Program-made: the position numbers and the translations under genes | Source of the DNA: Sminthopsis crassicaudata | Lineage: Eukaryota | Direction of reading: 5' to 3' | DNA: 64,000 nt | Assembly: GCF_048593235.1 (NCBI RefSeq) | Contig: NC_133620.1 | Location: forward strand, 440,725,261-440,789,260 | Part shown: positions 24,701-34,400 of the stretch, one piece after another | Numbering within the stretch: the stretch's first letter is position 1 | How the letters are laid out: every line of letters begins with the position of its first letter | Notes under the pieces: generated by a model | Seen by the model: the letters and a program-made list of their open reading frames with translations, nothing else | Database searches by the model: none | Told to the model about the DNA's origin: nothing

Positions 24701-27700
24701 CAGAAAAGGGAAATTGTTAATTGACATACCTTACTCCTTCAAAGTCAGTTAGCTTTGCTTTTTTAAATAAAAAAGAAATCTCTGTAGGGATCCAAAATTA
24801 GAAGTCAGAGTTAGACACTAACATGAAACCTAAGATATCAAGAATATGAGAGAGAAGTCCAGAATTCATCAACTTCTTTATTCCTATGCCCTTTATCCAA
24901 CTTGACCCCCAAGTGAAGTATAAAGTGAGGAATCCCTTTCTTTTCCTAATAATAATTTGCATTTATAGAACATTAATATAGGTTTGCAACACTTAATCCT
25001 TATGATCTGATGAAGCAGCAAGTACAAATATTACTGCCACTTTACAGACTGGGAGACTGAGGTTCTGAATAATTAAGGGATCTTACAGTGTTTGAGAACA
25101 CAATAAGGGCCCATGGTTGCAAATTCAGCATTCTGCTCATTAACCCATACTCTTCTGAACAGAGGCACAGATTATAAAGTCTTCTAAATGTGAAGATATA
25201 ATTCTTATATACCCTTCATTTCCAGGCACATAAGAAATTTCAGCATTCTGATTATTCCATTATATGATGGTCCCAAAGACAATTCTGTAATACATGTATG
25301 TTTGTATCTTGTCTAAGTGTTACCTACAGCAGGACTTCTTAAACTTTTCAATTAACAAATTTTTACACGACCCCAGAGTCTACAGAGATATAAAACAGAT
25401 ATACAAATCAAACCTTTACTAATGATAAATCATTATTTCAACCCACACATTAAGTTATGAGACCCCACATGGGGTTCCAAACCACAGTTTAAGAAGATGG
25501 GATATAGACTATTTTCTGACTTGCTTTCTGGGTGACATATGCCAACATTTATCTGATTATATTCCCAAGATTTACATGTTACATACATATCTGGAACTAT
25601 CTCTTTCACATGGCTACCAAAGTCTTGTTTCACACTCATTTACTCATTTAAAATATTATAACTAGAGAACATTGGTTCAACTCATAATAGAGCAACCTCC
25701 CCAAAGAGATAAGCAATAGCAGAATTTCAACAGACTTCAGGAATTCCAGACCCTCAATTCCATTTCAAACTACTAAACTGCTTCTTAAGTTCAGTGTCAG
25801 ACATCACCTACCTACTGGCTTTCTCCGAAAATTATGGAAACCGCATAAAGCAAAGTCATCTAGCTTAAACTTTAATCCTCACATAGCCTCTGAAAAACAA
25901 ATTTTTCCAAAGAGTATACTTCCTTGTGGTTTGTTAAGGCAAAGTTTTTCTGTACAAGTTATTTTATAAAAGTTACCTTAAAATTCTCAACACTCTTCAA
26001 ACTGCTCAACCAGCTGCCTACCTAGAACAGTGCCATTCTAGACAATACTTTTCTAGTGAAAATGATTTTCAAATGGGTCCAATATGATAGCTAGATTATG
26101 CACTAAGTTCCACAGTTGTGCGTCTCACATAGACAATGCTTTTCAGTTAAAGTTAAAATATTTGTTGTGGTTTGTAAAGGACTCTGAGATCCCTGAGTAA
26201 TGGGTTTAATGGGTCCCTATTTATTTTCTGTCACTTTGATGGTTAGGACGATGAGGCAAATGTTAGGTTTTTTCAATATATGAAAGCAGTAGAAATCCTA
26301 GACATTTAGGCTCTACAATCAAAATCTCTTAATTAGAACATATTTTAAGTTCTAGAATTAGAATCAAGTAATTTCTTCATACTTTCATCCTATTTAAGAA
26401 GGAAAATGTTTCTACTTAGAAAAAGAACGTACTGTAATAATATGGTCTCTCAAAACAGAAAAGCAAATGAGAAGCAAAGTGTGCTGCCAGAACCACTGAA
26501 GGTAATTTCATTTTCAGTTCTAAAATCCCCTTCATAATTTACCCACGATTGTGTCTGTTGTCCTCTGCTTTCAAAATGAATTCTTGTTCTCTTCAACTGT
26601 GGTGGATCTGAACCAAAAGCATACACACAAAAGACTCGGGGTGAAGGGATTTCTTTACTAGGCTAAGCCCACTAAGAGCTTCAGCCTATCCATGCAGCAA
26701 CCCTCTGAACAGTTCCCATGACTATGAGTGAGCATAGACTCAGAACAACTTTGTCTTTTGATAGGATCATTAAAATATTATCAGCCAAACTTTCAGAATA
26801 GTAAAACACACCAATGATGAGAAAAGGTGACTGAAGCACAGAGGGGCAATTTCAGAGAGAAATCTTATAATTCATAGCTATTGAGATCTGTAAAAACTTT
26901 CAGGAACACTAAGATGACCTAAATCACGGAAGAAGCTCTTTCTAGTTCTTGCTAAAATGAGATGAAACTATCTTATGCACTAGTGCTTTGTACCTTTAAT
27001 CTAAAGTATATCATTACCTTGCATTACTAACATGATGGGGAAGCACTGACTAGATGGAGAAGGGATAGGATGCAGATCTGTAAAAGTTGGTTCATTCATC
27101 ATAACCACGCCCCTTAAACTAACCAGGCACAATGACAATGAAATTGCACAGCTCTAGGGCAGTCCCTTCTACCAATACCAGAAAAACTTACCCAAGGTGC
27201 TCATTAAAGGCCAATGGAAATTTGATCTAGTCCCTGATGCACAGAAAGGACAGATCTCGTGGGGGAAAGGTACTGCAGTCACCCAACTAGTACAGTAAAA
27301 ATCAGCTCCCCAGGAGGAATATATACCAACAAACTTTAAAAAGCTTTTTTGCATAGGAAGCTGAGCTGAATTAACCTCATTCATCCAGAGCAGAATAATA
27401 GCACTTAAGATCACTAAAAGAGATGTGAAAAGAGTTCAATCCTTTTGAAGCGCTATCTGTCCACAGCATGGTGGACAGCCTCCGAGCTAGAAAGAAGTGG
27501 GTTCAAATCCTATGTCTCTCCCATCTCAGTTATGTGATCCAAGACAAATCACGCCACCTCCAGAGGAGAAGCTGCAGGAATTGCTGACCTTTATTGAGAC
27601 CAATGAAATCTACGGACCAGTTCCTATCCTTTTGTTTCCACGTGAAGATTTTGTTAATGACCTGTAACATACTTTTGGGTGCTTTTCTACTAAGAGTTAA

Positions 27701-29794
27701 ATAAATTATACCGATCCCCATGGTTTGGTTTGCCTTGTGACTCAAGGTATGGCTTTTCAAAAGGTTAGAAATGTAATTTTTGACCCTAGGATGTAGAGAT
27801 TGATTAACAAATATAGAGCAATTAAATTACAAACCTAAACAACCACTCAATCTTCTAAGCAGCAAACACAAAGCAGAAAAGAAAGAAGATAATCAAAGTA
27901 TGCTGTATGCATTCCCCTCTGCCGGTCCTCACCTTTACTTGGGGCATTTCCTGTCACCTGAGATACCCTCCATCCAGCCTCCTCCCTAAATTTTCTTTAT
28001 CCTTCCCAAAACCCTACTAAAACGCTATCACTTCTCACACAACTCAGTCCAAAATTAGTTTTGCTTCAGCATTTATCACTAACAACATTTATTCATCATC
28101 AACAATGTAAGGTAGCATGTGCTAGGACAGTAACAAACATAGCAAGGACTGCTCCCTTCAGTCTTCCGAGTCCCTGGAGGAGGGGGTCCAGTAACATTCC
28201 CTGGGCCCAGTTCCGTCATGGCAGGCGCTATGTAAACTGAGGCCTAACCCAACTATACAGAGCAGGCCAAAGCTAAAAGAGCCTGGTGGATCCATTTGCA
28301 TGACACTGTTATTTCTATTGTGCTTTTAGAAAACACCTTAGAATATTCAAGGGGGAGAGGGTGGAGTTGTATAAGAGAACAAACGGGAAACAGCATTAAC
28401 ACTAACGTTTCCTTGAGTTTCCATTTCAGGCTGGGACAGTAACTTGGAGAACAGAGGCTTAAAGAGCAGAGAGGCTGGGGATGCCGCACACATCCCACCG
28501 CACTGCACAGATCCCACGGGCCCAGTGAGAGCAGAGATTCCTGCTCCCCAATCCCGAGGTCACCGAAGGTTTCCAGGTCGGCTTGACAGGGACAGCAAGA
28601 TAGTTGCTCTTCCCAAAGGAATGAAACACTGCGGGAAAACTGCCAAGTCAGCACCAAGCTCGCACAGGGAGATGAAACTGAAGATGGTTTTAGCGGTGAG
28701 GGGGAAACAGACTAGAAGAAACCACCCTCAAGCCCAGGAGCAGGACCTTACGCTGGCAGACACCTCCCCGCCCGCAGCGCGGTGCCGGCTGCTACAGCAC
28801 CTGGACTCAGAGTCCCGACTAGACCTGTCTGCAAAAGACTTCATTCACCAGCATCGGGCTCGCCGCGAGCACTAGGCGCTGCATCCGGGTGGGCGGCTGC
28901 CCTTAAACCATACCTGGGGGGCAGCACGGGCACCTCGGGAGCGGAGGACGACCCGAGCCCGCTCCGGGGCAGCGCCTGGCGCCTCGGAGCATGCACGCCC
29001 AGGGCGGGTGCTTCCATCCCGGGCCGAGGACAGCTCCCCTCCGCAGCCCTGCTCTTCCCTCCGGAGGACAAAGAGGAGCCCGGCAGGGACAGGTGAACCC
29101 CGGCTGTACGTCAGAGAATGCAGCAGCCTACATTCCGCTCCTGCAGCACTTTTTCTAAGGAGGGGGGGTGGAGGCGGAGCGGGGAGAAGAGATCCCCGGC
29201 CCCAGGACCCGAAGTCCCCCGGCAGCGGAGAGCGGGGAGGGCAGCCGGCCCCTGCGCTTTCCCGAGGCTCGCCTCGGCACCTCCCCTCCCCCAGAGACGA
29301 CCCCTGGAGCGCGGGATCCGTTATCCTCACCCGCAGGCGGGCAGCAGCAGGACTGGGGGGGGGGGGGGCACATGGAATAAAGTAGGAGAAGAAGACGGGG
29401 GGAGGAACGGGGAAACGGGAGCAGCCGGAGGAGCGAGGGGGAGACACGATTCCCACAAAGGAGCCCCCAGGGGAAGGCGGCGCGGAGCTCCCGGGGCCAG
29501 GGGGTCCAAAGGCAGGGAGGGACTGCAGGAGAAGCAGCGGATACGGGGAGAGGGGGACTCCGGGACCCCCTCCCCCGGTACAGAAGGGGAAGGTTGGAGG
29601 AAAGGAGCAGAGTCGGGGTCGCGCTCCCCGCTGGGAAGCGAGGGATCTCCCGCGGGAGCCCCGGGGCGGGGGATGGGGGGCGGGTCTCTTACCGGCAGCT
29701 TGGGGCTGACCTCGCCCTTACAGCAATGGCAGAAGAAGCGGTGCGGGGGGACGGCGGCGCCCGCGCCCGCTCCGGCCGCCGAGGCCTCCGCCAT
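3095..29794 (-). CDS. RNF115: E3 ubiquitin ligase RNF115 (BCA2/Rabring7), 5' partial CDS: coding exons 1-2; the rest lies left of the window
   Basis: Exon 1 29794-29693 encodes MAEASAAGAGAGAAVPPHRFFCHCCKGEVSPKLP, followed by donor GTAAGA. Exon 2 3153-3095 (tttatag acceptor, GTATTG donor) encodes EYICPRCESGFIEEVTDDS(S). Together they form the N-terminal BZF zinc finger. Intron 1 is 26.5 kb. The gene is head-to-head with POLR3C, as in human. Confidence 0.96.
3681..3732 (+). repeat. A52 homopolymer
   Basis: 52 consecutive A residues. Confidence 0.95.
4250..4725 (+). mobile_element. RTE-related marsupial SINE/LINE fragment
   Basis: The 3' end gtgaccttgcacagcc...gtcatggtcc...aacaa is typical of RTE-derived SINEs. 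Related pieces occur at ~6060-6190 (inverted) and ~9700-9762. Confidence 0.55.
4800..5420. mobile_element. LTR-like interspersed repeat, copy A (same family as ~11310-12340 and ~15484-16380)
   Basis: Shares motifs ttagcctgccag, aactgtgagtt and actgaacc...atcatttggtg with the other two copies; boundaries are approximate. Confidence 0.5.
6520..6762 (+). mobile_element. MAR1-type SINE
   Basis: tRNA-like head agctaggtg...gtggatagag, CORE, and tail ctccagtatgtttgccaagaaaac. Confidence 0.75.
6965..7395 (+). mobile_element. L1 ORF2 3' fragment
   Basis: Translates to MFVEALFVVIRNWKLHGCPSIGEWVSKLWYMNV, homologous to the ORF2 C-terminus at 35094-35891. Confidence 0.85.
7820..7965 (+). mobile_element. 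WSINE1-like short CORE-SINE
   Basis: ggggcagctaggtggcgcagtggatagagcacc...ctcagaaaaa, about 140 bp. Confidence 0.85.
8020..8640 (+). mobile_element. Old L1-like 3' fragment
   Basis: Diverged match to the ORF2 end (cattctggaaagtcatttgg, ctgcccatcaatgaggg). Confidence 0.55.
8950..9102 (+). mobile_element. WSINE1-like SINE with TSD
   Basis: Full head and core, (TAAAA)n tail, 11 bp TSD taaaatttaca (8939-8949 / 9103-9113). Confidence 0.9.
10079..10493 (+). mobile_element. Putative solo LTR
   Basis: TG...CA ends, CCAAT box, AATAAA near the 3' end; no clear TSD. Confidence 0.5.
11310..12340. mobile_element. LTR-like repeat copy B, interrupted by a nested solo LTR
   Basis: Family motifs as in copies A and C, with the gttctttt...ggtaattgtgagtt junction split by the insertion. 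Confidence 0.5.
11648..12075 (+). mobile_element. Nested solo LTR
   Basis: Starts TGTTGC and ends TTACA, has two AATAAA near 11992-12014, and a degenerate TSD (acggg/ctggg). Confidence 0.6.
12798..12931. other. Assembly gap (N)
   Basis: Run of 134 N. Confidence 0.99.
13053..13441 (+). mobile_element. 5'-truncated L1 3'UTR
   Basis: A-rich tail and 15 bp TSD aatactgtcactgta (13038-13052 / 13442-13456). Confidence 0.9.
14490..14619 (+). mobile_element. Very short L1 3' end insertion
   Basis: 18 bp TSD agaataagaaaggcaatg (14472-14489 / 14620-14637); same subfamily 3' end as 35964-36327 and 62508-62660. Confidence 0.88.
15484..16380. mobile_element. LTR-like repeat copy C
   Basis: Family motifs including ttttgccaaa(a)gagaatggcca, shared with ~12205-12230; boundaries are approximate. 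Confidence 0.5.
17511..17641 (+). pseudogene. Degraded YBX3-like (Y-box, cold-shock domain) processed pseudogene fragment
   Basis: 17570-17638 translates EDPKREVLFTKVFGTVKWFNIRN followed by TGA. This is 16/23 identical to recalled YBX3 EDAEKKVLATKVLGTVKWFNVRN. Upstream KPCGDAA resembles NPGGDAA. Confidence 0.8.
17760..18280 (+). mobile_element. L2 3' end
   Basis: Contains ctagactgtaaactccctgag...taaataagcacttg, the typical L2 terminus. Confidence 0.6.
18765..19346 (+). mobile_element. 5'-truncated L1 with (TAAA)n tail
   Basis: ORF2 end plus 3'UTR; 17 bp TSD agattgg/acccaggacca (18740-18756 / 19366-19382). Confidence 0.88.
20015..20235 (+). mobile_element. MAR1-type SINE
   Basis: CORE plus tail gccaagaaaactccaaatggggtcac. 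Confidence 0.7.
20243..20433 (+). mobile_element. Non-autonomous hAT element, OC1 (OposCharlie1)-like, 191 bp
   Basis: TIRs caggggttctcaaact / agtttgaggaccattg. The subterminal sequence ggccctccaacagtctgagggacagtgaactggcccc matches my recollection of OC1 ends. No clear TSD. Confidence 0.7.
25330..25501. mobile_element. Charlie-type hAT MITE; related fragments at ~5612-5700 and ~63733-63800
   Basis: TIR core cttcttaaact / agtttaagaag, with shared cttaaactgtggg...acccca motifs. Confidence 0.55.
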
Positions 29795-30600
29795 CTTCTC
29801 CCGTGCCCGTCCGGCCGGCCGCCCTCCCGCCCGCTGCCACAGCCCGGTCCTCCTCCTCCTCCTCCTCCTCCCCAGCCAGAGCCGGCAGCACCAGCGGTCC
29901 CGAGTCACGTGACTCGGCGGAGGCACCAACGAGAGGGAAGCGCCGGCTGCGGCCAAACCCCTCCCCAAGCCCGCGACCAGCGAGGCGAGAGAAAGAGAGG
30001 CTCTTCCGGCGCCGCCAGGAGAGCGGCGCCTCCGGCTAGCCCCTAAACCCGACAGCTCCCCAATGTCAGTTCTTCTGAGGGCTAGTGGGAATAAGGGACG
30101 CGTCTGTCCGGAAATCGCGAAGAACTGGGAGGGCGTGGAGAGTGTCATACTCCTTATCCCTTCCTGCTCAACCCCCGCCCTCGGGAGCGGAAAGAGCGTG
30201 AGACCTCTGCGGCCCAGGAGACCCGGAAGCAGTTGTGGGCTACGCGGAAGAGTTCTATTCGGGTGGTCTCCCCGGCGCGCCGTCTCAGATACTATACGAG
30301 TGAGCACTGAATCGTGATTGTAAGCAACAAGGTTCCGCGTTCGGAACCGGAAGCGGAGACTGGGCCCGAACTAGTCGCGAGAACGGGGAGGCAAAGGGGG
30401 GAAATCCATCTTGTCCTAGGGGGTCTCCCGGAAAGGAGACGGAAGGAAGCAATTCCATTCAGTTCTCTTAAATATATATGCCAGTGATACCGAAAGAGGC
30501 GACAAACGGTGTCCGCCCTCTAGGAGCTTACCGCCCATAGAGCGTGGAGCAGAGCTGGGGATGGGCCCTCGATGGACCCGATTATAGACAGGCACTCTCC
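28750..30600. promoter_or_regulatory. CpG island and bidirectional promoter of RNF115/POLR3C
   Basis: GC- and CpG-rich. About ten ETS/GABP cores (CGGAA/TTCCG) lie between 30000 and 30450. TCGCGA palindromes occur near 30115 and 30375, a YY1-like AAGATGGCGG overlaps the RNF115 ATG, and an E-box palindrome lies at 29900-29917. Confidence 0.85.
29900..29917. promoter_or_regulatory. Perfect 18 bp palindrome CCGAGTCACGTGACTCGG containing the CLEAR/E-box GTCACGTGAC
   Basis: Read directly from the sequence, about 106 nt upstream of the RNF115 ATG. Confidence 0.75.
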
Positions 30601-30784
30601 TCCCAGTCTTCCCGCCTTTTTTCACCTCTTTCCCTCGGTCTGCATAAAGAATTTTTCTTCCTTTGAGGAACTGGCTTATTGTGCGTGGCGCTTTTCTTTT
30701 AGAAAGCTTTCGAGTTTTAAACATTCCTGTTCATTTTTCCGTTTCTTTACGAAATTAATTTTTTTTTTTGTTTCCCATTTGTCT

Positions 30785-30944
30785 TTTTTTTTTTTTTTTT
30801 TTTTTTTTTGCAAATCAGTCAAGGTTAAGTGACTTGCCTAGGGACACACAGCTAGGAAGTGTTAAGTGTCTGAGATGAGATTTGAACTCCGGTCCTCCTG
30901 AATTCAGGGCTGGTGCTCTATCCACTGAGCCACCTAGCTGCCCC
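30785..30944 (-). mobile_element. WSINE1-like SINE
   Basis: Poly-T followed by the reverse complement of core and head; followed by a second reverse SINE at ~30955-31110. Confidence 0.85.
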
Positions 30945-31487
30945 TGTCTTTCTTTTTTTTTTTTTTTTTTTTTTTCCCAAATCAGTCAGGGTTAAGTGAC
31001 TTGTCTAGGATCACACAGCTAGTCAATATCAAGTCCTGGAGGTGGGATTTGCACTCAGGTTCCTCCCATCCCCTCCCCCCCCCAGGACTGATGCGCTATC
31101 CTTTGGGCCGCCTAATTGCTCTCATTCCTTTTTGTTCAATTTCACATGCTTCACACCCTATTCAGTGCTTCTTTAGCAATTACTTATTTGTCAATTCGAT
31201 TTCATTCATTTCTTGTTTATTTTTCCGGGACTTTAATGCTACCCAGGAGTGTGAATTTGTGCTCTCAAATCTACTATTAAAGAGCCATACGTCATCATCC
31301 CCCAGTTCCTTTGCCTTCTCCTGCCGCACTTAGTTTGGACTTCTTTGATTCCCAGTAAATTTATCACTGGGAAATCTCTCCTCAGCCTCCATTTAAGAAG
31401 AGGTAGCAGAGGCTTTTTTTTTTTAACATTTTTAATTTTAATCGTTTTATTAGGTCCAGTTTCCTAGTACTGAAACTTCAGAACACA

Positions 31488-34400
31488 ATGACTCAAGCAG
31501 AAATTAAACTATGTTCTTTGCTGCTCCAAGAACATTTTGGAGAGATAGTGGATAAAATCGGAACTCATCTCATCAGAACAGGCAGCCAACCATTGAGAGC
31601 AATTGTTCATGACACGGGGACATCACTAGACCAGGTAAGTCTGTGCAACATCTGCTTTGCCCCAGTTGGGATCCAAATGAAGTCTCGGAAGGGGAATCTA
31701 CCACAGTCAATAATCATCAATATTTATTAAGCCCCTTTTATGTGCCAGCTTCTGACTAAGCTAGGCATGTAAATAGGAAAAAAGAATGACAGGCCTTACC
31801 CTCAGGGAGGGTAAAGAAAGCTGACTGGGAAAAGAGTAAGTAAAAAGAAGTACAAAATTAATTACTTCCGGGGGAAGGGATGCAGCTTAAATGGAGGTGG
31901 AGGAGTTTCATAGCTCCAGAAGACCAGAGGGCAATGAGGTATGAATATCAAGACTAATTGGATCTTAAGATTTCCCAATGTTAATTTTGCTAGAAAAGTT
32001 AGAGAAGATAAGAGATGGCTGGTGGGAAATGAGATTATAGATCTGTAGTGGGAAGGAATCTTAGGAGTAATTTCAGCCTCCTCATTTTACACTGAGGAAG
32101 CTCAGGGCCAGATAGATTAAATGAGTTGCCCCAGCTCTTACGGTTCCCAAATGATAAAACCCAGGACATAAAGCTAAGACTTTTTTTGTCCTTTTAACAC
32201 TATACCAACAGTTCTCAAACTTATTCCTGGACTTCTTTACACTTGTAAACATTGAGAGAAATTCCCCCAAGAGCTTCTGTTTCTGTGGATAGTGTCTATT
32301 GATATTTGCCATATAGCAATTAAAACATCTCAGTATTATTTTGGAACTATTCTTGACTTCAGTGACACCCAGAAGACTCTCAGGACCCATAAGGCTACGT
32401 AGACCCACTTTGAGAACTGCTGACAAAACCCTTAAAATAAAGGATGACTGCTTTCAAGGGAAAAAAAATCAAAAGAAAGAGTCAGCAAAATGGGAAAGTC
32501 TTGTTTGTTTTTTTGGTAAAAAGAAAGCAGGGAGTTCCTAGTAAATCACTGATGAGATGCTTGAAGGTGTGCAGTGTTCTCTTCCACCTCATGACATCCT
32601 TATGAAGAAGATGCTAAAGTTATGATGATGTCCATTAGGCAGAGAAAACTAAGACTCAGAATAAGCCACTTGCCAGGTCACTTCTCTGATAAAACAGACT
32701 TGCTTTCCCTTCTCATCTCTCTCTGAATCCCTGGCTTCCTTCAAGACTTCAGCTCAAATATCATTCTCTACAGAAGTCCATCCCCAGTCTCTCCCTCTTT
32801 TCAAGTCTGCTAGAGCAGTGATTTTTGGTCATCTACTCTGTGTCTTGTATTTACCTATTTAGATACATATTATCATGCCCCCATCTAAACACCTTCGTTT
32901 GTGTCTCCAGTCCTTGGCAAATGGTGGCACCAAATAAGTGTTTTTTGATTCACCTACGTGTGCCTCTGAAGAATACTAGAAATGTCACAAACTGTGTTTC
33001 CTCTTCTTTCTCTTGGGCCTGCCAGGTGAAAAAAGCCCTGTGTGTCCTTATCCAACATAACCTGGTAACATACCAAATACACAAACGGGGCATTGTGGAA
33101 TATGAAGCCCACTGCAGCCGTATTCTGCGCATCCTGAGGTATCCCCGCTATATCTACACAGCCAAGACTTTGTACAGTGACACAGGAGAGCTGATCGTGG
33201 AGGAACTCCTGCTCAATGGGAAGATGACCATGTCGGCCGTGGTAAAGAAGGTAGCAGACCGACTCACGGAGACCATGGAGGGTAAGTTGATATCCAGTCT
33301 TTCTGTGGGTCTTCAGCCATCACAGCCCTACCCATTTGCTCTCTACTGTCTTTGTTACAGATGGGAAAACCATGGACTATGCAGAGGTATCCAGCACATT
33401 TTGCCGTTTAGCAGACACACACTTTGTACAGCGATGCCCCCTCGTTCCTGATCCCCCAGAAAGTGCTGAGGCTCAGCCACCACCACCTGCCCCAACACTT
33501 AGCATTAATGAGAAGGACATGTACCTGGTTCCCAAACTAAACCTTATAGGTAAGGAGCCTCCTGCCAGACCTATCTGGCTTTTTGAGACATCAATTGTAC
33601 CTTTCAGAAAGTGTCTTCCCTTGTGTTCAGTGCCCTGAAAGCTGAGAATCAACTCTTCCCAGCATTTTTCTGGTCACCAGGTGAAAATCTTCAGTTTTCT
33701 GGGGCTCCTCAGAAGTTCTGTAGAAATAACTTCTACATCTCTAGAAGACTGAGAGTCTCCCACCCATGTCTTTATGTTTAGTCCCTTCTACTTGCAGAAG
33801 GACTATAACTGAATTGTCTTGATCTGGCAGGAAAAGGAAAGAGGAGACGATCGTCTGATGACGATGCAGTTGGGGAGCCCAGGCCCAAGCGGCCCAAACA
33901 AACAGCAGAGAGCAAAGAGGTAAAAGCAAAGACCTTCATGGCTGGCCATCTCTGGAGTAGACACACCCCACAGATGGCAGAGTTGCTTAGATGAGCGATA
34001 GTAAAAGCCCAACATCACTGACCACGGAGTGGCGTCAGAAGGGGAGTTTTCTGCAGGGACAGACTAGCAGAAAATGCTCTGTTCCGAAATCACCCCATGC
34101 ATTTTCCAGGAGCTCTGTGCTTTTCAAAAAGAGCTCATGCCTACAGTTCCCCTGACTCCTTGACTCTGCCTCTCCATCCACAGCCCATTCCAGATGATGG
34201 CATTTACTGGCAGGCCAACCTTGACAGATTCCACCAGCATTTCCGAGACCAGTCTATTGTGAGCGCAGTAGCCAATCGAATGGATCAGGTATCTAAAAGG
34301 GATGGATCTCTCCTGCCTTGCTGCAAGTGACTGCAGATGTAAGGCAGAACAGGGACTTTGGGACAGAATTCTAAGTGTCACACTGTTTCAATAGACCAGC

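Noticed and set aside
28444-30307. Long overlapping ORFs (up to 326 aa) across the RNF115/POLR3C CpG island
   Set aside because: Stop-poor GC-rich sequence; only the 34 codons of RNF115 exon 1 resemble a known protein.
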